Source: Amoebophrya sp. A120 (Eukaryota; Protista; Dinoflagellata). Taken from it: a stretch of DNA of 64,000 nt. The notes below the pieces were generated by a model that did no database searches, was not told the DNA's origin, and saw nothing but the letters and a program-made list of their open reading frames with translations. The stretch spans positions 527,040 through 591,039 of the forward strand of contig CAJINV010000014.1 in NCBI GenBank assembly GCA_905178155.1. The letters run 5' to 3'. A program made the translations under genes and the position numbers. This document shows positions 1 to 13,300 of the stretch, in pieces. Each line of letters begins with the position of its first letter. Position 1 is the stretch's first letter.

Positions 1-186
1 CAACTAGTAGACTGCTCTTTATTCATTGGCGCACATGGAGTTTACATTTAGATTTTGATTTTATTTCTTTGTGCTTCGCACTACAAAGCTAGTGCTGTCA
101 CGTTGTTGATGCATGCTGGAAACATACAGAACAAAAACTCCGAATCAGGAAAAGCCTCCTGCAGAGGAAACAGAGAGCAGTTTCGA

Positions 187-690
187 TCACAAGGCGTAAA
201 AGGTCGGGAAGCACCAGGTCCCTTTGCAAAACGTGCTCTCGCTGCCGCCAAATTCGCCCGTCGCGCCCGTGAGTTTCTGTTTTAAATTTAAGTGAAGGAA
301 TTCGTTCGTTTTTTATCTTTCATTTTACTTCTAAACGCACATCCAGGTTTAAGTAAAAGAAAACTCAAAATCCTCCCGTGCAAAAACCAAAAACAACATC
401 GTACAGAATTTCAATGGTTTCTGGATTGCTGCAACTGAGCTTCTACAATACCCAAAATGGAAAAACACAACACAACGTCTAGACCACATAATTACGGCTT
501 CCAGTTTGATGTCTGGATTGAAGCACACGGGGCAGCAGGTTCCCGGCTCCTGCTTCTCATCAAAACCGGTGGGGCATTTCAGCGGGGCGCACTCGATGTT
601 CGCACACGCCGGCGGCTCCTGCTTGTTGCTCAACAAAATTCCGTTGGCGACCGGAATCAGAAACGAAAGAATTGGAAGAAACAGCCGCAT
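187..690 (-). CDS. Small secreted cysteine-rich protein (VWC-like C..C....C...GTCCPVC); probable GT-AG intron 277-495; 3' end uncertain
   Basis: Hydrophobic signal-like N-terminus MRLFLPILSFLIPVANG, then CANIECAPLKCPTG..GTCCPVC. GCC|GTAATT ... AAACAG|AAA joins in frame to KLTGATGEFGGSESTFCKGTWCFPT. Confidence 0.5.
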
Positions 691-1392
691 CGTTACAATT
701 TTTAGGACTTGGTGTCCTTCTCTGAGTTTCTCTTCGACCTGGTGCCCGGCCCTCTATCTCTCTTGATGTCGTCTCCACTCAAATGCAAATAGTCGTAGGA
801 AAACCATGTCAGTGTGGAAAGGACCAGAACCAAAATGGTAGGAACGGAATGCGCTGATTTAGATGTAGATCCCGGAAATCCAAGTCAATGATCTCTTGCC
901 AATTTTTTCAGAACACAAAAACAAAAAGATGAGAAGAGTCTTCTCATCTTCTTTTCCAAAAAGAACGAAAAATAGAAAAGATGAGTACAGTGATCAAAAG
1001 ATGAGTTCGAATTGGAGTTCAAAGTCAAAAGGAAAAACACATCTCTCCTGGGACTGCAATCAAAATGAGTCAAAATTTGGGATCGGTACGGAAAGATAAA
1101 GGGATCCGGATCGAACGTACGAATAAAAAAGAAAGGCTCGGTAGATATGAAAAACACCAAACACCGAAACCAAGCGCGGGCGCGGTGAAAATACGTGGTG
1201 CCTGAAAAGTCTAAATTGAATTTATTGGACACAAAAAAATAAATCTACACGTAATCGTAATCTAAATTTTCGTCTAAATCTTATATAAAAGTTGTGGTCT
1301 CCCTGCGACAGCAAGACATTCACATTCTACAGCAGTACTTCTACTTGCTTCTAGCGACAGAACATGTCTCGTCCCATTTCAAAGTTTTCTGC

Positions 1393-4300
1393 CTACTTCT
1401 CCGCGGCCCGTTGCTTCTCTATCTCTCCACCACTTTCTTCCTCCTCAACCGCCGCGAATAGATCATCCGCGGTGAGTTTTTTGTCCCTTAGCGTCGCGTT
1501 TCCCTTTTCCATCTTTGCGAGCAAATCGAAGTAGTACAACCGGTCCACGAAGTCCGCCTCGTCCATTCTCCTCTTGTTGTCCTCATTGGTAAACGTGATC
1601 CGCTCGTGGCCGACCTGCACCGGATTCCGGTACTTCTCACTGAGCGGCCAAACTTTGTTTTCGTTGGGGGCCGACCGGATGTTGGGCGTGAATTTCGGGA
1701 CCGAAATCATCTCCGACAAGGATTTTCGTGCGGTTTGTCGGTAGTTCTTCTTGTCATCATTTTGCTCCTCATTTTCTACTTCTTCCTCGAACTCATCCAC
1801 CGACCGACTCCCCCGGTTTTTGCCTTTCTGCGTGCTACTCTCTTTCCCGGGCGCCGACCTCCCCCGACTTCTCTCCTGGTTCAGGCCGGAGCTGACCAGG
1901 CCGCGCACGCCGCCCTTCCGTTTTTTCAACTTGTCGTAGTTGGACCGCGACCACTGCAGCAGACTCTCGTCGTAGATTTCCACGAAACCAAACTCGCCCC
2001 GGTGCTCAATCTCCCGCTTGAGTTTGTTTTGCCGCTCGATGAGAATGCGCCGCTCGTTGTAGGCTTCCGCCTTCCGCGTGGACTTCGGCATGCGCTCGGG
2101 TGGCGGCTCGAATTCTTGCTCCGCGTCGTCATCGTTTTTAATCGGATTATCCTCGTCCTCCTCTTTATTAGTTGTTCCACCTCGTCCAGATTGCTGTTTG
2201 TTGCTCCTTCTAAAAGATGCCCTTCTTTTGTTTATCTGCGGTTTGAAGGTGCAGAACTCTTTCAATTCTTTCTCTTCCAACCGCTGCTTCAGCCGAATTT
2301 CGTCGGCGTCCGCCAGTCTCCGTTCCCGGTACTTCGTGCAGTTTTCCTCGTACTTCAAATCAAACGTCGCCTTGTGCTGCGACATGTCGCCGATGTGGGA
2401 TTTTTTCGACTGTAGCCTTTGCTTCTCCTTCTCCTCTAATTTTTCTTTCTCCTTCTGCAACAAACTCTCTCTCCGCTCCTTGTGTTTCTTGTGCAACTCC
2501 CGCTGCTTCTCGTCCCGCTTCTTGTGCAGGGCCGCGAACCACTTTTGTCGCGTCTCGTTCGGCACTTGGTGCCAGTTGTGCGGCGCGGGGACGTTGTCGT
2601 TGGGGAACAATTCCTGGATCTCCTTGCACATTCGCATCGCAATTTCGTTGTTCTTTTTGCTCAACTCCCGGTTCTCTTCCTTCGAAGACTGGAGTTTCAG
2701 TTCCTGCATCACCATCCGGTTCCCGGCAATCACCGCGGTCCGCCGGAACGCGTCGGCGTAGAGTTTGTCAAAGTGCGACTGTGTCTGATCGAAATTGGAA
2801 GAAGTGGAAGACCCACCTGCTCCGGTAGAAGTACCAGTGTGCAAGGACTTGATGTCGGCAGTGATGAAGGAATTATTGCTAGTATTCTGTGCACTAGCAG
2901 TAGAGCCGGATCCTGCCCCGACGATGCCCTGCTTGAAATCCTGCAAAGCGCTCATCATCAAACTGTGCTCCTGTTTCTGCAAGGTGGCCGTCCTGCGGCT
3001 GAGCTCCGACCCCCGGAGGTTGGTGTTATTCGACAAAAATTCCTTCCCGGAGCTCCCCCCGGACAGCACCGCAGAAGTGAACTTGTCCGACATTCTCAAC
3101 TCCAGTTCCGCCGCAGACAGGCCGGCGGATGGAAAAGCCGCCCGCTCGGCCGCGGACAGGCGAGCGGTTGTGCTCGTTTCGCCTAGCGCCGTGCTCGCCT
3201 CGATGCCGCTGCCCGAAGCGGCCACAAAGGCCTTCGTGCTACTCCCCCCGAACCCCGCCGTGCCGTAGTGGTGTCCGGGGTTCAAAAAATCGTCCGGGCC
3301 GTGCTTGATTTCGTTCTGGGCGTTTGTCTTGCCGGAACAATCCCGTTCAAGGGATCGTAGCGCCGACGCGTGGAACATGATATCGGAATTCGTCACGTCC
3401 ATCTGCGAATATTTCACCCCGAACGCGTTGGTCGTGGGCATCGCGATGGTCTTGTGGATCCCGGATTTCAGAGATTTCGCCTGGCTGCTCGCCTTGGCGG
3501 ACGCTTTAAACAGCTCGATTTCCTGGGACCGGGGGCCGAGATACTTTCTCGTGTTGTTCAAGAAGTGGGCTAACGTGTTGTGTTGGTTGTCCTTCGCGAG
3601 CTGGTGTAGTTTGGACAGTTGCTGGGTGAAGTCGAGGGAGCTCGTAGTCACCTTTCCGCTGTTCGTCTTCCCGCCAATCGGGTTCTCGATGAAGTAGCTG
3701 TTCCGCCCGCCAATCTTCTCCAGAATCGCGGACTTCGCCAGGTGGTCGCGGAACTTGTGGCACTTCGCGCGGAGGTCCGCGTTGAAGAAGAGGTAGGTCT
3801 TTTCCTTGTTTTGCAGAATCAACTCGAGAAAAACCTTCAACAGCGGCTGCTTTGTTACTACAGAAGTAGTCACATTGTTTTTCATTAACTGCAGGTACTT
3901 TTGCCTAGCCACCGGAAGCAAAAGATTCGTTGGGTTGGTTTCCGACGCGGCCAAATGTGCGGGGTCGTTGGAGGCGGAAGAAGTGCTTGTTGCGTTCGAC
4001 AACTGTGCACCACCGACCGCTGCGGAAGAAAGCCGCTCTCCTGCTGCGTCGAAATCAAAATCATCCGGGCCGACTCCACCGCCCATGTTGCTCTGCTGCG
4101 TCTTTGTCGCCTGGTATTGATTGGTCGCCAACGTGGAATCTTCGGAAAACCGGCCGGAGAGCATCTGTGGTGGGAGGTTTTGGAAATTCGCGGGGATTAT
4201 ACCGGCAGACGCAGCTGCAGTATTGTCGGGCAGTAGTTCTTGTTCGCCTTGCGTCTTTTGGCTCCTCTTCTGCTCACCCTTAGTGCTGGTTGTAGGACCT

Positions 4301-7300
4301 CCGCTAGAGCCTGCTCCTGCGCCAGTAGCAGCAGGAGCTCCACTACTCGTCCCTCGCCCCCCACCTGCTGTGGCCGCACTTATCCCCCCGGAGGAGAATC
4401 TATCGGTGTCGAAGAAATCGAATTGGTTCGGCTGCCACGGTTTCGAGACGCAGTGGTCCAGTCTCCACACCCAGTGAAGGAGCTCCTCCTGAAGGAATAA
4501 CAACCTTTCTTGGTTCTCGTGAACCTCCAACAAGTCGCGCAACAAGCAGAACCGCAGACCCAGAACGCACCGTCGCTGCGCGATCCACTTCTCGCGGTCG
4601 ACAATGGACTCGAGCCGGTGCGGGTACTCGCTCTGTTTCTTCGCGTGCGCAACTTCGCGGTTGCTGGCCAGGCTGTCGCGCGCCGCGAGCGAATGATTTA
4701 TTGGAGCAGCCTGAACCTGATTGTTCTCTATTGTTGGCTGTTGTTTGCTCACATCAATAGCTGAATTTGTGTACCGCGAATCACTACCGGCGAGGGCGCC
4801 GGTAGTAGTACCATCTCCAAACGTGGTCGGGTCGTCCTTCTGGGGGAGTAGTTCCGGAGAGATCATTTGCATGTTTGAGTTTGACATGACTGTCGTGGGG
4901 TTGTTGTTGTTCATCATGCCACTTACAGTCGTGCCGCGAGGGCTTGGGCTTGCAGCAGTTTCGTTGTAGAACATGAGCACGCTTCCATCGTCGTTTTTCG
5001 TGTCCTTCTTCACTTTTTTCTCCACTCCGTGTTCGATGATGACATCGGTGTTGCGGATTTTCGGCTCCTCTTCCTGTCCATCCTCTGGTGTAGTCCTCGT
5101 GGCCTCTGCAGCTGAGCTTCTTGCTGGTTGCTCATCACCGTCCTCCTTCTTCTTCTTTTTCTTCTTCTCGGCAGTGCTGCTGCGGTCCTTTGCTGCACCA
5201 TCATCCTTCGCGGTCTCCTTTGGTGTGGCAGCTGCTCCCGTTTCGGCGGCGGCATTGGGATTGGCTTCCTCAGTGGAGGACGAACTAGAGGAAGAGGATT
5301 TCTCTTTTTTCTTCTTTTTCTTCTTGTCCTGACTATCGGCATCTGCTCCGGCGTCGTCTTTGTCAGAAGATTTTTTCTTCTTTTTCTTCTCCGCAACACC
5401 AGCTGCATCGTCGTCGTCTTTTGATGTTGCGCTTTTCGTACTTGTTTTCCTCTCGTCAGTTTCCTCTTTGTCGACGTCCTTCTTCTTTTTCTTCTTGATG
5501 TCAACAGCGGCACCATCACCGTCATCCTTATCAGCTGATGTTGACGATGTTGTAGCACCGTCGACGTCCTTGTCCTTCGTGTCAGCACTTTTAGAAGAAG
5601 AAGTTGTAGAAGTGCCATCCTTCTTACTTCTCTCCTCCTTCCCAGTACTCTTCGCGCCGGAACTAGGTTTTTCTTTCTCCTCGCCCTGCTTTTTGGAAGT
5701 TCCAGAAGAGGACTTCGCAACTGCGGACGCAATCTTGCCTCCAGCCGAGGCTGTGCTCGTGCGGGCCATTTTCAGGTTCGCCCCGACTTTTAAAGCCGAC
5801 GTTACCCCCGCGAGATTGGAGGACGAGGCGGCGGCTTTGGCAGTTGTAGACGCACTGGTTGTTGAACTACTTGAGGACGCGGCCGCGGCACTACTAGTTC
5901 CAGCTGGTGTTGTACTAGAACTAGTGCCACTATCCGGCGCACCAGCCCCGCCGACGTCCTTTTGTCCCCTTCCCGGGATGAATTTCACGTCCTCCAGTTG
6001 CTCGCCGAATTGCGCCCGCTTCTTCGCGCCGGAGGCAGCGGTCTCGCTCAGGAGTCTGGCGGTGGCTGAATTGGCAGTCGTGCTGCTCGTCGTGGTTCCA
6101 GCCTGTTCTCTCGCTAGATTCTTCGCGTTCGTCGCGTCCATGCCCCGGAGGGGCTCGATCCCGTCCAGTAAATTCGAGCGGGGGAAAGAAAGCGGTTCGC
6201 GAGTTTTCGCAAATTCCGAAGCCAGCGACATAAAGGACAGCTTTTTAGAAGTTGTGGTCCTTTGCTGCTGGTCTTGACTGTTCATCCTGTTCCCAGCGCT
6301 GGTCAACGAGGAGGGCAACATTTTTACATCTGACGACAGCTCTTCTTGTCCTTCCTTGTCGGCGACAATCTTATTGTCAGACGCGTCTTTAATATCGCCG
6401 TCTACTTCGCCGGGACGAGTTGCAGATCGGGAGGACCGCTTCTTCTTCGTAGTACCAGCAGTGCCTTTCTCTTCAACGGCGCCATCCTCGTTCGTCGCAG
6501 TAGTTCCTGCTAAATCAATCTTTGCGCTGGCCCTTTTCGATGATCTTTTACCACCGCTGGCCTCGCCCGCCGCGGTCGACGTGAATTCATCTGGCTTGTT
6601 ATCAGTTCCACCTTCTTGTTCACTCGGAAAGACGTCCACCCAGTCTGGCCTTCCCTCGATCACCGAGCTCGGGTACCGGTGCCCCTTCACGGCGACGCAG
6701 GACCCGCGAGCAAACAGCCCCCCGTTGGAAGACATGGAGGTCAATTGCTGGTCGCTGTAGTCTGCTGCTTGCTTAGTGAGAAACTGGTCCAAAATCGCCA
6801 TCTGCTTCTTCACATCCACAGAATTTTGCAGAACTTGTTGCAGAATCTCCCGCATTGGGAGCACGGGGACCTGTCCGACAATTTGGTCTTCCTCTTCTTG
6901 CGGTTCTTCGGAAAGAAGTAGACCAGCTGTTTCTTGTGGCTTCTCGGTACTATTTGCATATGCTTCATCGGGAGGCTCTTGTGCGCCCCCAATTGGTGGA
7001 ACAGGCAGAGTGACTGCAGGCGTGAGAAATGAGTCTTTATCCATCCTGGACGATGAAAACATGAAATCACCCCCGGCTTGTAGTTCTCCTGTCGAACTTC
7101 TGTCGTTCGACATCCCCAACAAGTTGCTGCCGACCGACATGCGACTCAGCTTCTGATGCTCCGAAACAGGCATGGCTGGTTGGGATTGTCTCTTTTGCTT
7201 CATGACGCTCTTTCTCGTCGGACCCGGAGCGACTAACTTTGTCGCATCCTGGTGCGCGTTTGGCAGATTAGGGTTGTTCATATCATCTTTCGAAGAATGC

Positions 7301-10300
7301 TCGTCGATTATATTTTCCAAATTTTCTGTTGTCGCCGGAGCGCTTGCCGCGTTCAGAGTACGCCTCGTGGTTGTAGTTCCAAGCTGCGCGGTATCCCGAA
7401 GCGCCGCGTCGGCTGCAGTAGCTCCATTTTCCGGGGACGCCAAATCTGGCGCTGTGGTAGCTCCGCCCTTGTTCGCGAGGAACATTGCTGCTTGCTTTTT
7501 GGACGCGACGGTGGACTTGGCCCTTCGCGTCGGCGGCGGACTCGGACTTGGGCTAGGTGACGCAGATTTCTCGGACGCCGTTTTCTCCGAATTCGTTTCA
7601 GAAGTATTCGGCTCAGGGAAATACAAAGTTGGCGACTTGCCCCTCGCCGCACCACCAGCTCTGGTATTGTTCCCCGCTTTTGGCGGCACTAGCCCGGCTT
7701 TGGCCGCGGCCTTCTTCGGCGCCGCGCCCGGCGGGCCGGCGGGGGACTTCGCTTTCTTCGGCTGCGCACCAGTTGCACCACCGCGGTCTCCTCTCCTACC
7801 CGCTGCTGTTGCAGCCCTTTGTTCACCTTGCGGCCCTTCCGCCGCGGCGCCCGCCCCAGCTGGTGGCGCGGCCCGGCGACCCTGTCCTCTCGGTCCTGCG
7901 GTCGTTGCGGTCCCAGCTGCTGATGCCCCGGAAGCTCCAGCGCCGGGAGACGGAGACGCGCCGACTGCCGCCGATCCAGCCATGCTGTCGTCCAAAGTCG
8001 TCGCCGCTCCGCCTCCGGAGAGGTTTGACCTAGTCGTGTTGGTCAAGGTTCTTTCCTCGTCTTCTATACTGAGTAAAAACGTACCCACACCAGAGTCAGG
8101 ATGGGGATTTTGCAACACAAACCTAGGGGTTTTGTGAGTCACGCGTGACAAGTTGCGCTCTGCGGTGTAGTGCAGGTTAGCAAGTGCAGCCGCATCACAG
8201 ATTCATCTGCTCATCCTGTTCACAGCATCACAAATTCCAAAACACGACTGGAAATGGCGCTCATGGGGATGCGCATTACCAGTCTTCCTGTCTTTGCAAA
8301 TCTGCATCACAACTCTGGTATGGGGACGTTTTTACTCAGGATATCCTCAAAATCCCCGTCAAAGTTGTCGTAGCTGCCATAATTGATGTTGTCCTGTTGC
8401 TCCAACGTCTCGCGGATCTGCAGAGTCGCTTTCAGAAATTTCGGCAGAAACTGCGAGTCTTGTTGCGCCTTCGACGTCCCGACTACCTCGCGTGCTTTGT
8501 TTCCGATTTTTGTCTGCGTGCGGTCGAGGAAATTTTGCACAAAGTTCTTGAACGCGCGTGAGTTCAGCTCCTGCTTCGTCACATTGTGAAAATACGGGTG
8601 GTCCTGAGCCTGGTAGCGGGATTTCATATTCATTGCACTGGCGGTTGCAGCAGCTGTGTTATCGCCGTTGATCGAAGTAGCGGACGCAGCTTTGTTTAGC
8701 AACCCACTTGTCCCGCCTACTGCCGCATTTTGGTCCGCCGCTCCCTGTGCGGCGGCGGCGGCCTTGTCTGCTTTCGACGTCTTCGCGCCTGGAAGTAGTT
8801 TCGTCCCAGCTGCCTTGTTTTCCGCAGAGCCGCCAGAGGACTTCGCAGAGTTCGAGGACCCTATTCTTTTCGCCGGCTTTGCCTTAATTTCGGGGGCACC
8901 TTCCTCGGGACCTACAGTTCCTATTGTCGTCGTGGCTTCCCCGCCTGGAATTGCTTCGTTTCTTGCAGAAACGGCACCCGTTCCTTCCACAGCTTCCTCC
9001 GACAGAGAGATCGCGTTAATCGACAGTCCCAGTTGACTGATCGTGGTCGCCACCTTGTCGAAGTCCGGCACGTGCCGGTCAAGCGGCGTCCGCAGCCGCA
9101 CGGTGCTGTGAAAAATGAACCGCTCCAAGTCTTTGGAACTCTGCTTCAAGTATTTCGCCAGGTGCATGGTCGTCTTCCGTAATTTCTTATTCAACAAACA
9201 CATGGAATTCTGCACCGAATCACGCAGCTCGTACCGCAGAAAGCTGACGAACTTGAGCGCGTCCGCGAACGGCGTGTTGATCTCTTTGAACTGTTCCTTC
9301 ATCCGCTGCAATTTCCAGCGGCGCAGCACCGCTTGGGCGCGCTCCTCCGGACTCACCTGCGCCTCCACCTCCTTCTGCTTCTTCAGTTCCTTCGCTTCTT
9401 CCGGATTCACGGGCGTGTCTTTCAGAAACACACTCAGGAGAATGGAAAACTCTTTCGGGTCTTTGTGCAACCCTTTTGCGTTCAATTTCATCAAGGATTG
9501 CTGGTCGAAGGCGTAGTTGCTCGGGTCTGTGGTCGTGATCGTGTCCGGCGCATTCATCGCACTGTGGTGTCCACCACCGGCGCCCTTGTGGTGGGAATGA
9601 GGGGAGTGAGCGGAAGTAGATTTAGTAGTTGCATCAGGAGCAACTGTACTGTCATTCTTGGATGAAGTTCGATTCGTTCCTGATAGCCCCAAGAACGACA
9701 GACTCCCGGGGTCCGCAGGGCTTCTTCCGGTCAGATTGAACAGCACCCGTTTCACGGCGGACCGAAGGAGGACGGGCGGCACGCCGTTGTTGTGCTTCAC
9801 AAAGTCCTTGCCCGACACGTCGAACAGAATGCGCTTGCGACTGATGGCGGCTTGTTTGGTCTCCGGCACGTTGGCGAGTCTGGTGAGCAAATGCTTGAAA
9901 ACTTTGAACTGCTTCTTCTTCTCGGTAGAAGTTCCACCACCAGCGGAAAACGGGTTCGCGGCCAGTTCCTTCTCCTTCTGTGCTATCTGTTTCATCCGCT
10001 GACGGGCTAGCAAGTTCCGGCATTGAGAGGAAAAATCCCCCCTCCCCATATTGAAAAGGTATGCTTCCGGAAATTTGTGTTGCTGATTTGAGGCCACAAA
10101 TCACATTTGTCTTGCAAGAAGACAAGGGCAGAAGCTTCCGCCATATTATGGAGGCGATTTGTCATGCCGCTGGGCCTAAAGGGGGGCCGTTTGTCATGCT
10201 GAGCAACTAGACCCATACGCCCCCAGCTAGTCTGGGCTAGCCTGGGGATCTGGCCGCAATGCCTTTCTGCAACACAAATCTGATTTGTGTATCCAAATCC

Positions 10301-13300
10301 AGCATCAGACATTTCGTTTTGATATGGGGAGGGGGGATTTTTCCTTTTGATATCCGGCTCACCATCATCTTCTTGATCGCCCACCGGAACAGCCAGGGGG
10401 CTTGCGCGCGCTTCCGGATTCCGTGGCTCACCAAGTAGAACAAGTCGCGATTTTTCCGGATCAAGACCACGTAGGAGCAAGACTCGAACGGCTGACTATC
10501 CGGTAGCACCACCGCCTCCTGGTGCGTGGGCACCGCCGCCAACTGCGCTGCGAGGGTCGTTATGAACTGCAAATATGTCTGGGTCTGGAAAGATCCAAGG
10601 CTTGTCATGCTTGTCGGACATGACTCTCAAGTCTGTCATGCACATTACCCAAAAGCCCCACTTTTCTGTCATGCAGAAGCTCGCTTTGTCATGCAGAAAA
10701 GGCAAGACTGTAGCACCTGCCTCCAAAACTTGTCATGCTTCTGCCAGTCAATTGAGGCGTCCTCGTCCTTCGCAACCAGCATCACAAGTTTCCAGACCCA
10801 GACATATATGCATTTGATAGTCGTGGCGGCCGCGACGGAATCCGCATCTTGAAGCGCGCGCTTGAGCTTTTCGATTTTGTTCTGCGCGTTGATCTGCAGC
10901 ATGTTATGCAATACAAATTTCCCGCACATGTACAAAATGCATCACAAATTTACCCAATTTGGAGCGTAACTACGCTTGTCATGCTAAACTAGGATCGAAG
11001 GTAGGTTTTCTCATGCACCACCAGACACCGTGTGTGTACGTGTACGGAAAATTTACTGTGGATACATGTTGGCCTGCTTCACCAGGTCTTTGGGGTCGAG
11101 CAGCAGGTAGGAATCGGCATAATTCGCATCATGCAGATCCAACTGCACCGGTTGGCTTGAAGATCCTGTTCCTGAAGACCCTTGCTGGGTGGAAGCGCCA
11201 GCTGCCCTGGATGCTGGAGACCCTGAAATAAAGATTGGTTTTTTTTTGGAGATGTAAAGGCTTGTCACGAAAGTAGGTGTTTTTGGTTCTAGTTTTCTTG
11301 AGCCTCGTCTAAGTACTACTTTTACAAAGACGTGCTGCACAGTAGCGGTGGGCACTAGTAGAGTCGGTCACAGGTGCCAAAGTAGAGGAGCCTTAGTTGT
11401 ATATAATCCACGACAAAAGTTCTCGTTCATCATCTTCATTTGTGCTCCTGGTCTTCATAAATTAATACCTTTAAGTGCCCCACCGCTGGTCATGATCCCC
11501 CCAGCAGTCGCGCCTCCATTATACGCCTTCAAATCCGCTAGCGCTCTGGCATCGTAGGCGGGATCACTGACGAACACGATTTTTGTGCTCGCTAACATCT
11601 GCGGATTCTGTGCGGATAGCACTTTCCGCACGCACTCTCGCACTTCGCCGATTTTCTGGCCCGCCCGGAAAGAGAAACTCTTGCAGACAAACGCCGGCTC
11701 CAGTTTTCCCCGGTCAACGTTCATATTATTAGCCTTGTTGGCAGATGATGTTAAACCTGCAGCCTTCGTTCCGGTTTTGGAAGTCGGTGAATTGGTGGAC
11801 GGCTGTCCTGTACCACCTGTCGCAGCTCCTGCTGCTGTACTTCTAGTTGCTGCTCCTTGTTCAGGACTTTCACTTGCCGCAGCACCTCCGCCTCCCGATG
11901 GCAACGCAGCAGATCCAGCCGCACTACTGGATGAAGCAGTTGTCTTCGTCACGTCTGCGTTCAATCCGTAGACCGGCAAGTGCTTGCCGCGCTGCAGTTC
12001 CGAGGATTCTTGCTTTCTGATGACTTGCAAACAGTAGTTTTCGTCCAGCACTTGAAGTTCCTTTTCCAATTTCACCAAAGTCGCCTCCAAATACTTGGAG
12101 TTCTGAAACAGCAGCTCGCAATGCGAGGCGAGCGAATGGAGCAAAACATCCATGAGAGAGTCCGTCTCGATGATGGACCGCATTTCCTGCAGAGATTTGG
12201 GCCGCCAGTCGCTCGGAGCCGTCGGAATGGACGATTTCGGAGACACGCCGAATTTCGTCTGATCAGGTGCTTGATTTGGATAATTCCTGGTGTTCTTCAT
12301 CGCTAGTAGAAGATTATTTCCTCCTGCTGTCGTTCCGCTACCACGGGACGTCGCGGGCCTTGACCCTGTAGTTGTTGATGTCCCAGAAATACTCGTACCT
12401 CCACCACCGCGACCAGAGGAAGACCCTTTGTTCGGCCGGGTTGACCTGCTGTTGGCGTTATTTGTTCCGCCTCTAGAAGCTCCTGTAGTACTCGAATTCA
12501 AATTTATTCCCGTCGTTTTCACCCCATCAGCACCGTCCTCCCCCTCGCCACCAACACTGCTGAACCCGGTCTGAAAGAAGGCCAAATCTTCCGGACAGTC
12601 CTTCTGTAGTAAGTACCCGTCCTTGAAGCACTGCAGGAACAAAATCTGCTCCAGCTCACTTGTCAGCTGCTTCCGCGCAACCGCGTCGCCGTGGGTCTCC
12701 TTATTGATACCGCTGCTGGACTTGTTATTCGGAGTTGACGACGAAGATGTTGACGCGTTTCCACTAGTACTGCTGTTATTTTTGTACGCGGAGCTCCGCA
12801 GCAGTTGCTGGTCCTCGTTTGCGTCCACGCAGTACCGCACCGCGAAGTAAAAATTGTTCAGATTGTTTATCGAAAAGAAAAATCCCCCCTCCCCATATCA
12901 AAACGGAATTTCTGATGCTGGATTTGTGTACACAAATCGGCTTTGTATTGCAGAGAGGCATTGCGGCCAGCTCCCCAGGCTAGGCAGGGGCGTATGGGTG
13001 TAGTTGCTCAGCATGGCAAACGGCTCCCCTTTAAGCCCGCCAGCGTGGCAAATCGCTTCCATAAAAATGGGGCGGAAGCTTCTGCCCTTGTCTTCCTGCA
13101 AGACAAATGTGATTTGTGACCTCAAACCAGCAACGCAAATGTTCAAAAACATACCTTTTCAATATGGGGAGGGGGGATTTTTCCGTACGATATTGTTCAC
13201 AAACTCCTTCATGTTCGCAAACGTGATTCTGGTCTGGTGCAGAGAACTGATCAGGTGGTCGTTCCTCGTGCGAAACAGCTGCCCGAAATCAGATAAGTAC

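Noticed and set aside
1606-8137. Many long plus-strand ORFs (e.g. 5360-6277, 7172-8137)
   Set aside because: Antisense shadows of low-complexity minus-strand coding sequence with no recognisable motifs.
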